The position numbers and the translations under genes are program-made. DNA of 64,000 nt, taken from contig JAUZTB010000066.1 in the NCBI GenBank assembly GCA_034780895.1, positions 28,978,150 to 29,042,149 on the forward strand, written 5' to 3'. Positions 11,561 to 25,442 of the stretch are shown here, one piece after another (the first letter of the stretch is position 1; every line of letters begins with the position of its first letter). Below the pieces are notes generated by a model that searched no databases, was not told the origin of the DNA, and saw nothing but the letters and a program-made list of their open reading frames with translations. This DNA comes from Rhynchobatus australiae. Lineage: Eukaryota.

Positions 11561-14028
11561 GTAGCCACACCGCAAACTTAGAATGTGTTCCATTTTAAAG
11601 TGAATTACAAAGAGGAGGGAATGAGGAAAAGGCATTCTACATTGTCACTAGTCATACTAAAGACTGTTACTGTGAGCTATATCAGACACTGGGTAAAATT
11701 TGAGAATAATCTTACAGGTTTAACCAAAAAAAGACTCATTCCAGAGTCTGATGTTTTGGCCACTCTTCAAAAAACATATGGATGCTCTGGAAAGAATGGT
11801 TATGGAGACTTCAGGCTCTAAACTGTGTAAGATGTCAACAGGTCTACTTATATAGCCTGCTTAATGTAGCAAAACTTCCCACAACAAGGTACCAGGGCTA
11901 ATGGCCAAAATTCTGGTTAGAGATAAGTTTCTGGAGTACCTTAAGGGAGAAAAGAGACAGAGAGGCAGAGTGTTTTAAGGGAAATAAATGTAGAGCTGAG
12001 GCAGTGGTTTACAACTTATTTTGAAGGGAAAGCCAGACAATCATTTGAATCACTTATGAGGGCTGCTCGCATGAAAGATGTTTTATTTCAACTACACAAA
12101 CCAGATATCGTTGGTTATGTAAGGAACACAAATCCTGACAATTATTAACAACCTAATTTCTGTTCAGATTGCTAGCATGCAGCATTAAGCCATGAATATT
12201 TTCCATACATAAAATGTAGAAAATCATGACTGATGTTTTTGAGTTCGACAACATAATTCACTTTTCTAATCTTGGAAGGTCAACAACAGTCCAGCAATCA
12301 TCACATTATTAATTTTTATATATTTATTGCTTCATTAGTTAAGCAACATATAAATCTTGTAATTGCTTACTCTCATTTTCTGAAATTCTTTCCAGTGTTT
12401 CTTTTGCTCTTCTCAGAATTGTATTTAGCCACATGTCTAAGTTCCTCTTTTACTAAATAATCACATAACTCTTCACTGAAACAGAATGAACTTTCCATGA
12501 AAATTAGTTCAGTATATTTACGATGATGAATTGGAAAAAAATTTCTGATATTCTCCAATTTCTGCAGAACCTTAAAACTTGCACTGAAAATTCACTTTTC
12601 CATTTCCTACTGAAGATCCAACAAATGCAATTCAACAAACTCTAATTCAAGATTTATACCCAACTCTATCACCTATAAAATAATGCCCTCTGGAGTTGGT
12701 GTGGAGTGGGGAAGAGGGCAATGGGGATGTAAGGGATGGGAATCATCTGAGAAAGTTCCCTGCTGTCTATGGTTCCCAGCTAATCCTTTTGCCTCCCTGG
12801 CTCTTTCCACTGAACTCCAAGTACCAGATTGTATAATTAACGCAGCTGTGAGGGAGATCTGAAGAGTTAAGACTGAAAACCAAGTGATAAACATGATGAG
12901 AATAGGGCCTTGAATGATCTCTGAATTATTTTGGTCAGCACTGGTATTAAAATCATGTTAAGAATTTATTGAGCAATTTTTTTAAAGCGCCAAACCATCT
13001 AGCATCTGAGAACTGAGAACATTGCTTGGATCCAAGGAATATGAGGTTACTGTATGTGAGCAGCACTGAGGTAAAAGATCAGCCATGATCTTAGTAGTAG
13101 AGCAGGCACAAAGGACCAAATGACCAACTCCTATTTTATGTTATATTCTCTATAAAAACTCTGAACAGAAACCTCTGACAGTGGTTAAATTTAAATAATA
13201 ATGATGCAATGATAATGGTCCCCATTTATGTTAGTAAACAACACAAACTATTTCAGTTCTGTGTGTTGTTGCTATGTGTACAATTTTCAAGTAGTACAAG
13301 AATTTTGGGAACCATTCAGTTTCTAGTGACTTCCCAAAAGTTACACTTTGTAAGAATTTAATTGTGCCTTTTCCTCACTCTTAACAATGCAGACAACGAA
13401 TCAGAACCTCCAGGAGAAATACAGGGAACTATCCAACCTTTGCATCTATGTCAGAGACTCCGGGGTGGGCTGCAAAGAATCATCTCATTAGCAATGTATG
13501 TTGAGGACCCAGGATGCTCAAGATATGGTCACTATTGGTGTAGCTATTAAATCTGGGGATGATCAAGAGGCCAAAACAAAGATGACAAAGTTGGTTCCAA
13601 TCCAGGAAAGAGCAGGGCAAACATTATACAGACTAAGTATAAGCGCTCAAAATGAAAAGCAAAAATTTATCTGAATGCCCTTGGGAGGGGAAAAAAGGAA
13701 AACACATTTTGTTTTCTGCTCACACATCTGAGTTTTGTTGCAAGCAGCTACCTTGGCGGTAAATAGGCCATCAAAAGATTTAGCCAAGTGGAATCTATCC
13801 AGCTACCTTCCTCCAATCGGATTGCCAGAAATAGCTTTGTTTTAAATTTCCTGTCCAATTTTCACTTTTACTCTGATGAAGTAGTTGACATCCAACGCAC
13901 TTGTCCAACAGGAGAACGACACCAAGTGTATTGAAGCTGACCCTGAGAAACATGGTGTCAAGTTTTACAAGTTTATTCCTAGTCTCCTCGCTATATAACA
14001 AGTTCTCATTGAACACCTTGTCTCGTAC

Positions 14029-14172
14029 CTGCTGGGACGATTGATCCATCTCAACCAGGTCATCAGTTTCCACAACCGGCTCACTGTCCGGGGAGGTCGA
14101 CTCCACAGGGATCACCACAACAGGGCTGACATGTTCAGACAGAGCAGAGGCCCGCAGGAAGTTTGGAGGATT
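14029..14172 (-). CDS. HIP1: HIP1 coding exon 7 of 9, NPPNFLRASALSEHVSPVVVIPVESTSPDSEPVVETDDLVEMDQSSQQ
   Basis: 144 nt, ttgcag| acceptor, |gtacga donor, phase 0/0; lies inside ORF 13795..14232. Confidence 0.94.
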
Positions 14173-14639
14173 CTGCAAGGCAACAGACAAATAACTGTAC
14201 TCAGTTAAAAAAGGATGAAAGTACACAGTCAATTGTTAAACATAATATGGGATGTGGATTGTTCAACCTGCAGCTAAAACATCAATATTTCTTTGCAGCG
14301 AACAAGAATGGAACCTCGAGCAAAGAGATTAAACATCTGATAATAATATCAGCCTAGCAATTTCTGGGTCATGATTCAGCATTTAAATGCATATTGATTA
14401 AAGGAAATTTAACAGCAAGAAATCTGAATGATTTCAAAGATGATAGGACAAATTTATTAAGATTTCAGTTAAGTCTGTTGGCAGACGTACAAAATCTTCC
14501 CACTCTGCCCATCAGAGTTACATCACAGCTTCAGTTTTGTGCACTTCTCTACTGCAAAACCGTAGCAACCATCTTCATGTCCCACATTTTTCTTAATAAT
14601 TCTATTTATCGGAGCTCAGCCATCCTCTCATGTAAAATT

Positions 14640-15260
14640 TTGGCATTTTATTTTATTCAACCTTAGTTTCTGATCCAATATCGATTCCCACAAAGACTGA
14701 CTGCTTCCATCTCTCCTTCTGGTCTTCCCCAGCTCGGCCCACGTTATGCTTAAACCCACAGGAAGGCTCATCGCTTCCTAATGACTAAAGCAGTCTCACA
14801 GCCTTCATTCTGCACAACCTTGAGCTCACCCAAAGCTCTGCTGCCAGTACTCTGCTTCACCTGCTCACTTACTACAGCAATCCTTGTTGACCTACAAAGA
14901 TGCAGAGTCCCAAGTTTCTAACATTTAAATCCACAGGCCTTCTGCGAGTGGAATGTCCTCCATTCCAACAATCTCAATTGTACTCAGACTCTGAACTTCT
15001 ATACAATCGCTCCTTCCTTCTTCCCACATTGGTGACCAAATCTTTAACAACTGAACATCTTGGTTTGAAACTTTCTCCCCAAACCCTTCCCCTTCATTAC
15101 TTTCCTGTCCTCCTTTATTCCTAATTTTAAAAAAATGATTTTGGCCACGTCCTCTAAAACTTGTTCCTTTGCTGTGATATACATTTTACCCTGGTTATAG
15201 CTCTGCTGTGCTTTGATTCATTTTATCCCTACATGAAATGGTACCAAGTTAATGCTTTGT
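14640..15260 (+). mobile_element. Old L2-like LINE 3' fragment
   Basis: ctgcacaaccttgagctcacccaaagctctgctgcc..ccttgttgacctaca resembles L2 LHKLELIQNSAA..LADLH. Confidence 0.55.
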
Positions 15261-15699
15261 TATTGCGGATGACAATATAGAGCATGAAGATCATGATCGT
15301 GTTTAAACTAATGTTTCTCCACAGTTGCTGAGCCAATATTCTGTCATTTCCAACCCCAAATCAGCTTGGGAACACCAATACATTCGAGGTTTCTGTAATA
15401 AATGCAGCTTTGTCAGTGCAACTCCAGAGGTCAAATTAAACACAATTCTTCACATCCATGCAAAGTCAAATATCTTTCTGATCATGGGTACAATGCAAAG
15501 CTCACATGAATCCCTCAGCAAGATCCTGAACTGTGTATGGGGCATCTGTCAGCATGATCACACCAAAAGGTGTTGCATAGCCTGCACTCGCAAGTCTCAG
15601 CCATTATAGCACTGGCCCATTTCACCACATCAGTTGGACTGGACAACCTATTGCAGAGACAGATTAGGACCTTCCAGATGGTCCACTTCTCCTCTACCC

Positions 15700-16120
15700 C
15701 AGCAGACAACTGTTCCATCACCCCAATAGTCATGCCAACCTCACTGATGAGGTCTGCAAGCAATTCTACCCACAACTACTCGCTGGCAGATGCAGCAGGA
15801 AGACAGGCAACCTATGTTGTTGTTGAGGAGGCTTCTTCACGACTTCAGACATTTTCTACAGATGCATGAATATGTAAAGCTCTCTGACATCCTCTGTTTG
15901 TTGCCTCCTTTCACCAAGGCTGATCACAGGTCTCTGGGTGACTGCTGGAACTATTTTAGTGAGGACATATAAGCTGTTGACATGCATTGACTTCAGGCAG
16001 CTCCCTCAATGGACCACCTGAGTATTTGCAGCTTAAAGTCAGCATCAAGTTGACTATACTGCATGGCCAAAGCTCCTGTCCCATGCAACAACACTCAGCC
16101 CTGGAATGGCATTGGGCAGG
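15700..16120 (-). mobile_element. Ancient RTE-like LINE 3' remnant
   Basis: Weak resemblance to the C-terminus of the RTE copy at 58610-59050; many frameshifts. Confidence 0.35.
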
Positions 16121-16656
16121 CCATAGAAGATCAGAGGTGTGTGAGCCCCTATTTTAAAATTCTAAACTTCTGATTGTCGCTGTTTCCAGCACTGCCTTTG
16201 TAGATTAGACAACTATCAGATTCATTACCCAATGAGGCTTCCATCATTGTTGGAAGATGGGTAACAGGTCCAACAGGTAATTGTCTATTTGCCAAAGATT
16301 ATCTTCTGAATTCCACCTGGCAAGAGCAGTCATCTTCTTTCCTATGAAGAAAATTTGTTAGGTGCAGATCCCCCAACCAGTTCATGGTCCTGCCAGAGAT
16401 CAAATGCAATTTCAAGATGTTACCCTGGAATCTGTGTTGGGGGCAAGATGTTACGATGTTGCCCATAGCCTGGTTAGATGAGGTTTCAAGGTAGCGCATT
16501 AGCCATTACCAGTTTACGACTGTCCACATGATCTATGGCAAGTTGACACCTGGTTCTTGAGGTGGAAGTAAATTGTTTGTACGGGTGTGTTCTGTTCAAG
16601 ATTTGCTCCAGAATTTTTTTGAAAAGAACAATGGATCATTCTTAAAATCCATGATT

Positions 16657-16955
16657 GGCACAGTAGTGTAGCAGTTAGTGTAACGCTATTACAGTGCCAG
16701 CAACCCAGGTTCAATTCCCGCCGCTGTCTGTCAGGAGTTTGTACGTTCTCCCCGTGTCTGTGTGGGTTTCCTCTGGGTGCTCCGGTTTCCTCGCACGTTC
16801 CAAAGATGTACGGGTTAGGAAGTCGTGGGCATGCTATGTTGGCGCCGGAAGCGTGACAACACTTGCGGGCTGCCCCCAGAACACTCTACGCAAAAGATGC
16901 ATTTCAGTCTGTTTCGACGTACATGTGACTAATAAAGAATTCTTCTTATCTTATC
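16657..16955 (+). mobile_element. Near full-length tRNA-derived V-domain SINE with Rex1-type tail
   Basis: Box A tagtgtagcag, box B ggttcaattcc, V core, tail gtacatgtgactaataaa plus (cttat)n. Confidence 0.9.
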
Positions 16956-18015
16956 AAAGATATTTTCTGGGCTCAGTGGATTTCAGTACCTTCCAAAGTG
17001 ATATCAATTTGATCACCACCTGCATTTTCCATGAAAAGTTCATACAAAATTCAGTGATTTACTGTAACCTCTGAAATCCTAAACTATGGTATAGAACATC
17101 AGCATTGCTAACCTGGGGCCTGTACCAAGGGCATTGCTTGCAAATAATTCCTAATGTTTGACTAATGCTAAATGTAATAGCCACAGGAACTGTTGTATTT
17201 CGTCTACTGAAAATTATTTGTTTACATTTCAATGTGACCTCAGTAACCTGGTGTATTGCCAATCTCATTTTCAGTGTACCTTGAGAACACAGCCTTCTCC
17301 CACAGTCACACTAACTTACTACTCCTTATTTGAAGAAAACAAGTGCCTTCCTGTCTAAAGGCAGTTTTCTGGAATCAGTCAATACACAAGAACCCTGGGA
17401 GTCTGCTGCAGACTGTGTAAACAAGAGTCATTCAGCATTTATGGGAACTCCAGTGATACCAACCTCCAGAGACCTGACATCAGAATCTCACAGACACCAA
17501 CAAAAATGGATTCATCAGGATTTTCACCAGCTTAAAAGTCCTCTACCTGGTACAATTACATCACTCAGTACATCAAAATCATGAGACAATCTGCGGTGTC
17601 AAAAGAGATCACAGCACACAACTCACATTGCTATTGGAAGCTTGTGCATTCCCATTTATCTACTCTTTCCATTGACAGCTGCCTACCCACAAAGAAATGT
17701 CAAAATCAGATCATGTAGGAGACAGAACAAGGGAGTGACAAGAATGGGAGGAACTTAAATCAACTGGGGAGTGGCTATCTTCATCTTTATAAGAAATTAG
17801 CATTTGTGCTATGTACAATCTGAGCATCGATAATCAAATTGAAATTGGAACCAAGCCAGGCGCACTTAGTTCCTGGAGATAAGCACTGTTATTTTCAGTC
17901 AAGGTACCCAGGGCCTGTCTTTACAGGGGGGAGCTCAGGAGAGGAAAGGAACTGCAGATTTAGGGGCCACTAGCATAAAACCAGCAGAGGCAGTAACCAC
18001 CACTGGCAAAACCAA

Positions 18016-18112
18016 CAGCCTGATACAGGGTTTTGACCAGAAATGTTGACAATTCCTTTCCTCCCACAGATGCTGTTCAACACACTGAGTTCCTCCAGCA
18101 GATTGTTTGTTA
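18016..18112 (+). mobile_element. Penelope-like terminal repeat, decayed hammerhead motif
   Basis: cagcctgatacagggttttgaccagaaatgttgac..cagatgctgttcaacacactgagttcctccagcag. Confidence 0.7.
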
Positions 18113-19267
18113 AACCAGCCTGGTGTGCAGCACTGGAGGAAAAGAGTCAGTGTTCCCCATAACATGGATTCATTTAATGATGAAAAACCTGAAACTAAAG
18201 TTCAGCTGTAGACCAATGAGGGAAATTTAACAAAATGCATAATTTTGCATTGACTTCAAGCTTTTCACAATTCTTAAAGTAAGCCAGCTGAACACAGGAG
18301 GCTGAAAGCAGGATTTTAATAGAAAGTGGTTCCAGTGATGAGTCTCACAAGAGCATATCATCTTCATCTGCAGTTGAAGATAATCTGCGGACCAGAAGCA
18401 AGTTACAAAGTATTCTGCACTCTTGCCCTTTAGTGGGACATCACAGGAGAATGGATCCCAGCCACGAGGAACACAGCAAATCCACAGGTGTCCAGGAACT
18501 CTGGGATGCAAAGTGCAACTTGGTAAATATCCCACAGTTATGGAGAGCGTTTTCCCATGAAAACTGCAATCACTCCTACTTCATCCCTTTTGTGCTATAT
18601 ATGTCAGTATGGTTATCTTAAACTGCCAAGTATTCATAACTTTAGAGTGTACAGAATAACATAATTAAACCTGATCTTCAAAATATATGTCACTGAATGA
18701 AATGAAGTAAAACTAGGGATCACTTTTGTCATCAGGAAAATACTCCTGTTATTATCACAACCCCCACCCCTACCCCTCTTCAAAAATAACATGGATTATT
18801 CTTCTTCCATTTTCAATGGGAACAAATGACTGCTGGGGAGATGGTTAATCAATGGGCAGGAACTCTTCTTTGATGAACACTGTATTAGTGAACTGCTCAT
18901 CAGGGAATTTATGAACAGATGCATTCATTCTTTGCACGTTGCATTGTGATCAGTGCCAGCCATATGCTGTGGTGTCGGAAAACACCAAACATTGAGCAGT
19001 GACGACAAAATGACTCAAAGTCAGCCAATGGTTTTCCATACAACAGCAAAGTGAGGCAGAGCTGCTTTTTAAGTTAACACTGGAATAGATTGAAAACCCT
19101 GTAGGGCACTGCAAAAATAGTATCTGTAAATAAGAGTCAGAGCAGAACTCTCAGTGGGTGCCTTTTCACTGAATAACGAATGACAGAATTTTGTATTCAT
19201 TTGCAATCCTCACTAAAGCAGGAGCCAGAGGAACCAGGGCAGAGTGCAAGAGGGACAAAATAAAATG

Positions 19268-19270
<3 letters not shown>

Positions 19271-19344
<74 letters not shown>

Positions 19345-19444
19345 NNNNNNNNNNNNNNNNNNNNNNNNNNNNNNNNNNNNNNNNNNNNNNNNNNNNNNNN
19401 NNNNNNNNNNNNNNNNNNNNNNNNNNNNNNNNNNNNNNNNNNNN

Positions 19445-19508
<64 letters not shown>
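19271..19508 (+). repeat. (GA)n microsatellite interrupted by a 100-N gap
   Basis: Pure gaga runs on both sides of the gap. Confidence 0.98.
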
Positions 19509-19512
<4 letters not shown>

Positions 19513-21999
19513 CAGAAGCAGCATGAGTTTTGTTTACATTTCTCTTACAGGACTGAAGGATTGAAAGTTCTCTTCCCCAATCCTCCACATTTCTCCCCAT
19601 GTTTCCTAAAGGCACCAACTATTGTTGGGATCATAATGCCAGCATCCTTTTCCATCTTGCTTAAGTGGTCATTTCTCATGTGTACACAATACCAACAGAG
19701 CATTCAATCACATATAATGGTGTAAACTAGTATTCCCATTTTTAAGCCTTCGTGTGCCATTTTGCGAGGTTCAAGTCAGCCATTAGATAATCTACATGAC
19801 AACAATACTTTAATTCAGTCAGTCGTAATAGGAATGATATGTCACACTCTGTGTAGATCTAGAAGACGCAAGCTGCTCCCCTCCGGAGGCTTATCTGTAT
19901 CCATATTGTGAGAGAAGAACTTGATCATTGCTCCATTCACTAGGAGATTGTCAAGCGTTTGGTTGCATTGTGATCACTTTAGTTGTGGATTTCCCTCTTC
20001 TCAATCACCATTTAACAGAGTGGGACACATATAGGTCATGACCTAATCTTTGAGCCAACACTAAAGCCTTCTGGTTTTCATCCGCTACATAAAATATGGA
20101 AGACGAAATAGAATTGAATGGGCCCGAGCTGTTGTAAGGACATAAGGAGATCTGAAGAATCTGATGATGGGAAACCTGATCAAATTATGCAGCACGCAAC
20201 AACACCGAGCCTACGAAGTTTCATGGTGACATTCCAGAGGTACGTTCCTTCTTCTCAAGATTATTAGACTAATTAACCAATTTAAATTGGATCTGTAGTT
20301 GTTCTAAATCAGCCATATGAAAGAAGTGTGGAACTATGAGATACAAAGATCAACGCTTGGAAAATGTTGTCTCAGATATGGTGGTGTAGATGTTACAACT
20401 GGCCCAATTGGTGGAACAATTAAGTGTAAAATCCTTCAGATTATTATCGAGTGACTCCTAGAGGAAAGTGTGGTTTTAAAAGAGGACTGAAGTTGGTGGC
20501 AACATTGTTCTTGATGAGATGCCTTGCTGACAGGTTCTGGTCTCACTCCAAAGAAATACTCACCTGAGCAAGGTGACAAGCATCTTTCGGTTTTGATGAA
20601 ATAAGAAGGGAACTTGGAGAATTCAAGAGAGGTCTAAACTAAAAGCCATTCTGCATTTTAACTAATTAGATATACCCGCAAATAGAAAATACAACAGTTA
20701 TAGTTTTCAATGATTGTAAATTTAATGATTGGGATCTTTCAACAATGAAAATGGATCATTTTTTTCAATATAGATTCACGGGACACAAGCATCCCTGGCA
20801 TGGCCTGAACTCCTAACTGCCTTGAGAAGTCAGAGGCTATTTGGCTTCCTGAATGGATGCAGTTTATGCATTGATGGCAGTCCAAAATGCTCTTAGGTAG
20901 CCAGTTTCAAGATCTTCACGAGTGATGATGATGGCTCGGCAATACTATTTCTGAGTCAGGATGATGCGAGAGATAGAGGGAAACTTGCATGTGACGATGG
21001 CAGTTGTGGCACTTGCCTTTTGTGGTATTAATGAGACAAAATATTGTCACAGGCCTTTCCTGATGTGCAGTACTGCTGTAGTTATATGATGCAAGATGCC
21101 TGTACCAAGAATAGCCACTGCAAAAACTAATATTCTAAGACAAAAAACTCCAATTAAAACCTGCCAAAGCTGCTCATTAACTCATTTCTGCAGTGAAAAT
21201 AATTCTGTCCAACCTCACCAGCTGCTTTCTTAATCTTTATTTCACGAGTTAAGGACTCTTTCAACTGTATTTATTTTCAGCATAAAGCAAGTTTGAACTA
21301 AATAAAAGCACGAATATTAAGAACGACTGGCTCTTTACCCAAATCTTGGAAATGTATGCATTAAGAACTAATAAAGATACTCAAAAGGAAACCATTCTTG
21401 AAAGGTGTAGAGGAAAACTCAGCAGAATACTGGCTCGCATCAAATTATTATTGTGTAGCGTTGGTAGCAATGAACACAAAACACTTCAGCTCCAGAACAA
21501 TGGTATAAATTACTAATTCATTCAATGGAACCTTGAGAGCACAGACAGTGTATTACTTCCAAAGAAATGATTTAGTATTGTCTCCAGAGTGTAGTAAAAC
21601 CACTCAAGATGCCCACAACCCATGCATTTTTCCACCATGGGTTTTCCCAGAATCACGTGCTATTCCCCTGCTTTAAGGAATACTAAGGGGTAAAGTTAAA
21701 AACTTTGCACTCTTGGATTGTGTGAGGGAACACATCAGGATTTGGACATGACGGTCATCATACCATGTGCAGCCTTGAGAAAATTCCATCTATTAAAATC
21801 TGAATGACTTGAATTCCAAATTTCTGACCCATGGTCCTACAATTCAAAGAAGTGTACTGATGATGTTAAACCCTAAAGTTAGACCAAAACAAGAATAATG
21901 AATTCAAAATTTTGCGCCTCATTATAGGAAGAACATTAGTTTCAACAAAAGCTGAGAGTATAGAATGAGCATCAAAGGGAAAACATTTCAGTGGTTGTT

Positions 22000-22570
22000 G
22001 TCAAACATGGATAAAAGATGGTTATGGTTTTTGGAGGTCAATTAACCCAGGTCAAATGTAGGGATTTTGCTCATGTTCTGTTCCTTAGCACGAGCAGATC
22101 ATTCTGCAAGGCCTGAACATCATTCAGGCTTGGGCTGACAAGTGGCAAGTGCCTGAATCAATATAGCTCCAACAATATTGATGAAGCTTGGCATCATCCA
22201 GGACAAAGCAGCCTACTTAATTAGCACCCCACCAACCATCACAATTATTCAATTCCTCCACACCACATTTATTTACCTAGACTACCCCAAATGCATCTCC
22301 TATATGGTTAGCCTCTACTAGCAGGAAGGACAAAGGGCAGCTGGTGGGTGAACATCACCATCTGCAGGCTCCCCAGCAAGTCGCATTCCATTCCAACTTA
22401 GAAACGTATCTTCAAACTCCCAACCCAAAAGCACTCTGGGAGAACCTTCAGCAGAAGGACTGAAGTAGTTCAAGATAATAACTCAACTCCACCTTCTCAA
22501 AGGATATAGGGGAAAGGCAAGGAATGCTGGCCTTGCCAGTGATGTCCAGATTCACAGAAATGAATAAATT
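22000..22570 (+). mobile_element. Old CR1-clade LINE 3' fragment (family with gctggccttgccagtgatg..aatgaataaa tail)
   Basis: gcttgggctgacaagtggcaagt (AWADKWQ), atccaggacaaagcagcc (IQDKAA); related pieces at ~20760-21050 (-), ~31760-32230 (-), 33520-34010 (+). Confidence 0.65.
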
Positions 22571-24283
22571 ATATAGTGATCACAATGGCAGAGATGTTCA
22601 GACATAGGAGACTGAATCACCACTGCAGCCAACAACACTGCAGAAGATTGCACAGAACTTTGCCTGTTACAATCTGTACAGACTCTTTGTTGTTATTGTA
22701 CTAATTCTTTCTAAATGAACTTTGTTAAGTAAACTTGCCTAGAAATGGAATAAATTACCACCTGTTTTAATGCACAAATTGTACAAAAAAAGTTTTACCC
22801 GGAGCGAACTGCCACAGCAGTCACTTCTTGATGACATCATACCAATTGGACGAGGCACTTCCACACACTATGTTGGCATACTCAACCTTTCCACCTTCAG
22901 GCACTCAATAACCCGTTCCAAACATGCATACAGAAATGGGTCTTAAAAATGCAACCAACACCATTGTGGAACCGCCTAAGAACATTACACTGGTCTGTTG
23001 CATTCTATTTTATTCAGAGGAACACACTGCTGATGTCAGGAGACATGACTGGGCAGTTTCTGAACATGCCATGAGTGGGCTCAAACTAACAGCAAGTGCT
23101 TTCTCCAGTATTTAGTTGCTCAGAGACTCATTTCATGAATGGTGACACCACTCCACTAGCAGCCTTTCTAAATGAGGTATAGCAGGGTCTGCAGGAAAGC
23201 CAGCAGCTGCCACACCAGTGTTACTTACCTCTGTGCAATGAAGGCAGAGATTTATTACATTTGTGCAATGCTCTAGTGTCTTCAGATGAATAAAGATAAA
23301 AAAAAACAAATGCTACAAAAATCAAAAATCATAACAAGTGAATGTGAACTTTAACACCCCAGTGCTTTTCCCATTTTGCCATCTTATATGTGGGTATTGT
23401 TGCCCTGGTGCTGCATCACGTTGTCCCTCTGTGGGTCTAGTCTGACTGCTGAAAGTCTCTCCCTTTCCCTGAGCCTACATGGATATCATTGATGATCCAC
23501 AAGGTACGTTGGGCCAGATGAAGGATGCTGCCCAGGAACAAACGAAGGGGCAGTCAGGATAGCTGGTTGTGAGGCACAAGGCAGCAGAGGGGGATGAATT
23601 GGTGCCTATGTGAGGGAAGGCATCAATGTTACCCCAAACTGTACACATCGGGCAACCCCTCAGGGGACTGTGCAGATAATGGTGCAACAACCTGCTGGAA
23701 CTCAACCACTGTTTCAACTTTCAGACTTAGAAATGATGCATCTGATAGACCTCAATTCACAGGTGTCTAGTCACTAATGTTTTCATTCTTCTCCTCCAAG
23801 TCAGTTCTCTGCATAATCTGTGCAGGTGTCCACTCAAAACAAGGAAGTGAGAGAGTGGGTTGGAGGTATCTGCTCATGCAGGAGAAGCAAGATCCCACAG
23901 GCCATCCCTTTGCTCCAGCAGAAAAGTAACCTGCCCTCGCAAGGCATCTCTCCGGTCATACAGGGAGGCATCTGCAGACAAGCAGCGTCTCTAAGTTTTA
24001 TGGAGAACAAGCTAGCTGTAGCTTGTAGCATCCCCTTGCTCCTGTCAAACTGTAAGCTGAATCCCCACATCCAACAAGAACATCTGCTGACAAACGGCAT
24101 CTTGTTGTTCAGTGAGAACATCAAGCTGCACCCTGACATGGTTATTCTTTCTGTGAAGCTTCAAGCTGGTTACATGGCAGAGCCCAGACCTCTTGCTGGA
24201 TCAGTAGGAAACTGCATGGAAGCAGGAGTACTTTGTGTAACCTCTGTCTGTACCTCCAGAGCAACTGATAGTTGAACCTGTAG

Positions 24284-24542
24284 ACACTCTGGAGCAACAT
24301 ACAAGATGCTGGAGGAACTTAGTGGATTATGCAGCATCTAGGGAGGGAAATGGACAGTCGAGGTTACAGGATGAGACTCTTCACCTGGACTGCTTTTCTC
24401 TGGTCCCATTGTTGCCCCAATCCAGTACAGATGAAGGGTCTCAACCTGTAACATCGACGGTTCATTTCCTTCTATCAATGTGGAGTTCCTCCAGCATCAT
24501 GTAAGTTGTTCCATATTCCAGCATCTGCAGTCTCGTATCTCC
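24284..24542. mobile_element. Inverted pair of Penelope-like terminal repeats
   Basis: Arm 24284-24392 (-) and arm 24423-24542 (+) are homologous and separated by about 30 bp. Confidence 0.85.
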
Positions 24543-25442
24543 TGTAGGCAGTCTGCGCTGGATCACACCAATCCCACCAAAGAAGTGTGCATCATACCCA
24601 GAGTGGAGTACACGACGCTCCACAAAATCCAGACATTGACTATCTGTACTCCTTGTCACCTCCTACATTCGGATAGGCCAGTCTGACAGCTAATACACCA
24701 ACCCAGCACGCATCAGCCTTATTTGGAAAACATCCCAATGGTGATCCATACACCAAGGATTTATAGACCACCCACCTCAGAGAAGCTCCCACATCAGATT
24801 CCCTGCACCTGTCTGCTCAACTACCTGCAATATGCTTCCATTAAGCAAAGCCCATTCATCCTTCACAGTGTCAGTCTCTGAGGTGCTGCTGTGGGCCGTC
24901 AGGTGTATTGATACATCATGCTCTCCATCATACTTCTCCTCGTCCTCCTCCTCTCAATTCCCCTATCCTGTCCTCCGGTCTGGGGAGGGCGAACCAGGTA
25001 GCTTGCCCCAAAACCCATTATAGATAAAACAGAAGACAGTTGTACTTGTTAGCTGCAGACGAAACATCATACGGTGATTCTGATACACAAATGGTAATGA
25101 GGGGCTTGGCTGGTGAAAATGAAGTTAAAGGGAACGTAGCAATCACCACGAGACTGCAGAGCTCACCTCCTCAAGCAGCCTGGGGTTTAGGGAGCCCCAC
25201 CTCCCCACTCCGTCCAGTATTAGCAGGAGGATCGCCCATCGGGGAAAGGCTCTGTACTTACTTGAGCCCCCTCCTATTGATCAACAGCTTTATATAAAGG
25301 GATGCGAGGAGCAGCACCAGGCAACTTTTTCATTATTATCCCTTTGGAGGCTTATCCTCTGAGTTGGCGGTGAGGCTAGGATATCCGGTGTAGGGCAGAT
25401 TGGGGTGTGAGGGGCATGCAACCACGAAAGAGCAGTACTTAC

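Noticed and set aside
12002-12890. Possible hAT/Charlie element (cagtggtttacaactt resembles a terminal inverted repeat)
   Set aside because: No convincing partner repeat, 8-bp target duplication or transposase motif.
16657-16730. tRNA-like sequence with A and B boxes (also 57025-57097)
   Set aside because: It is the SINE head and continues directly into the V core; not a tRNA gene.
19166-19618. ERERER / SLSLSL ORFs
   Set aside because: Translations of the (GA)n microsatellite and N gap.
25289-25300. TATA-like tatataaagg in a GC-richer block
   Set aside because: A single motif in an intron with no associated ORF or paired LTR; expected by chance.
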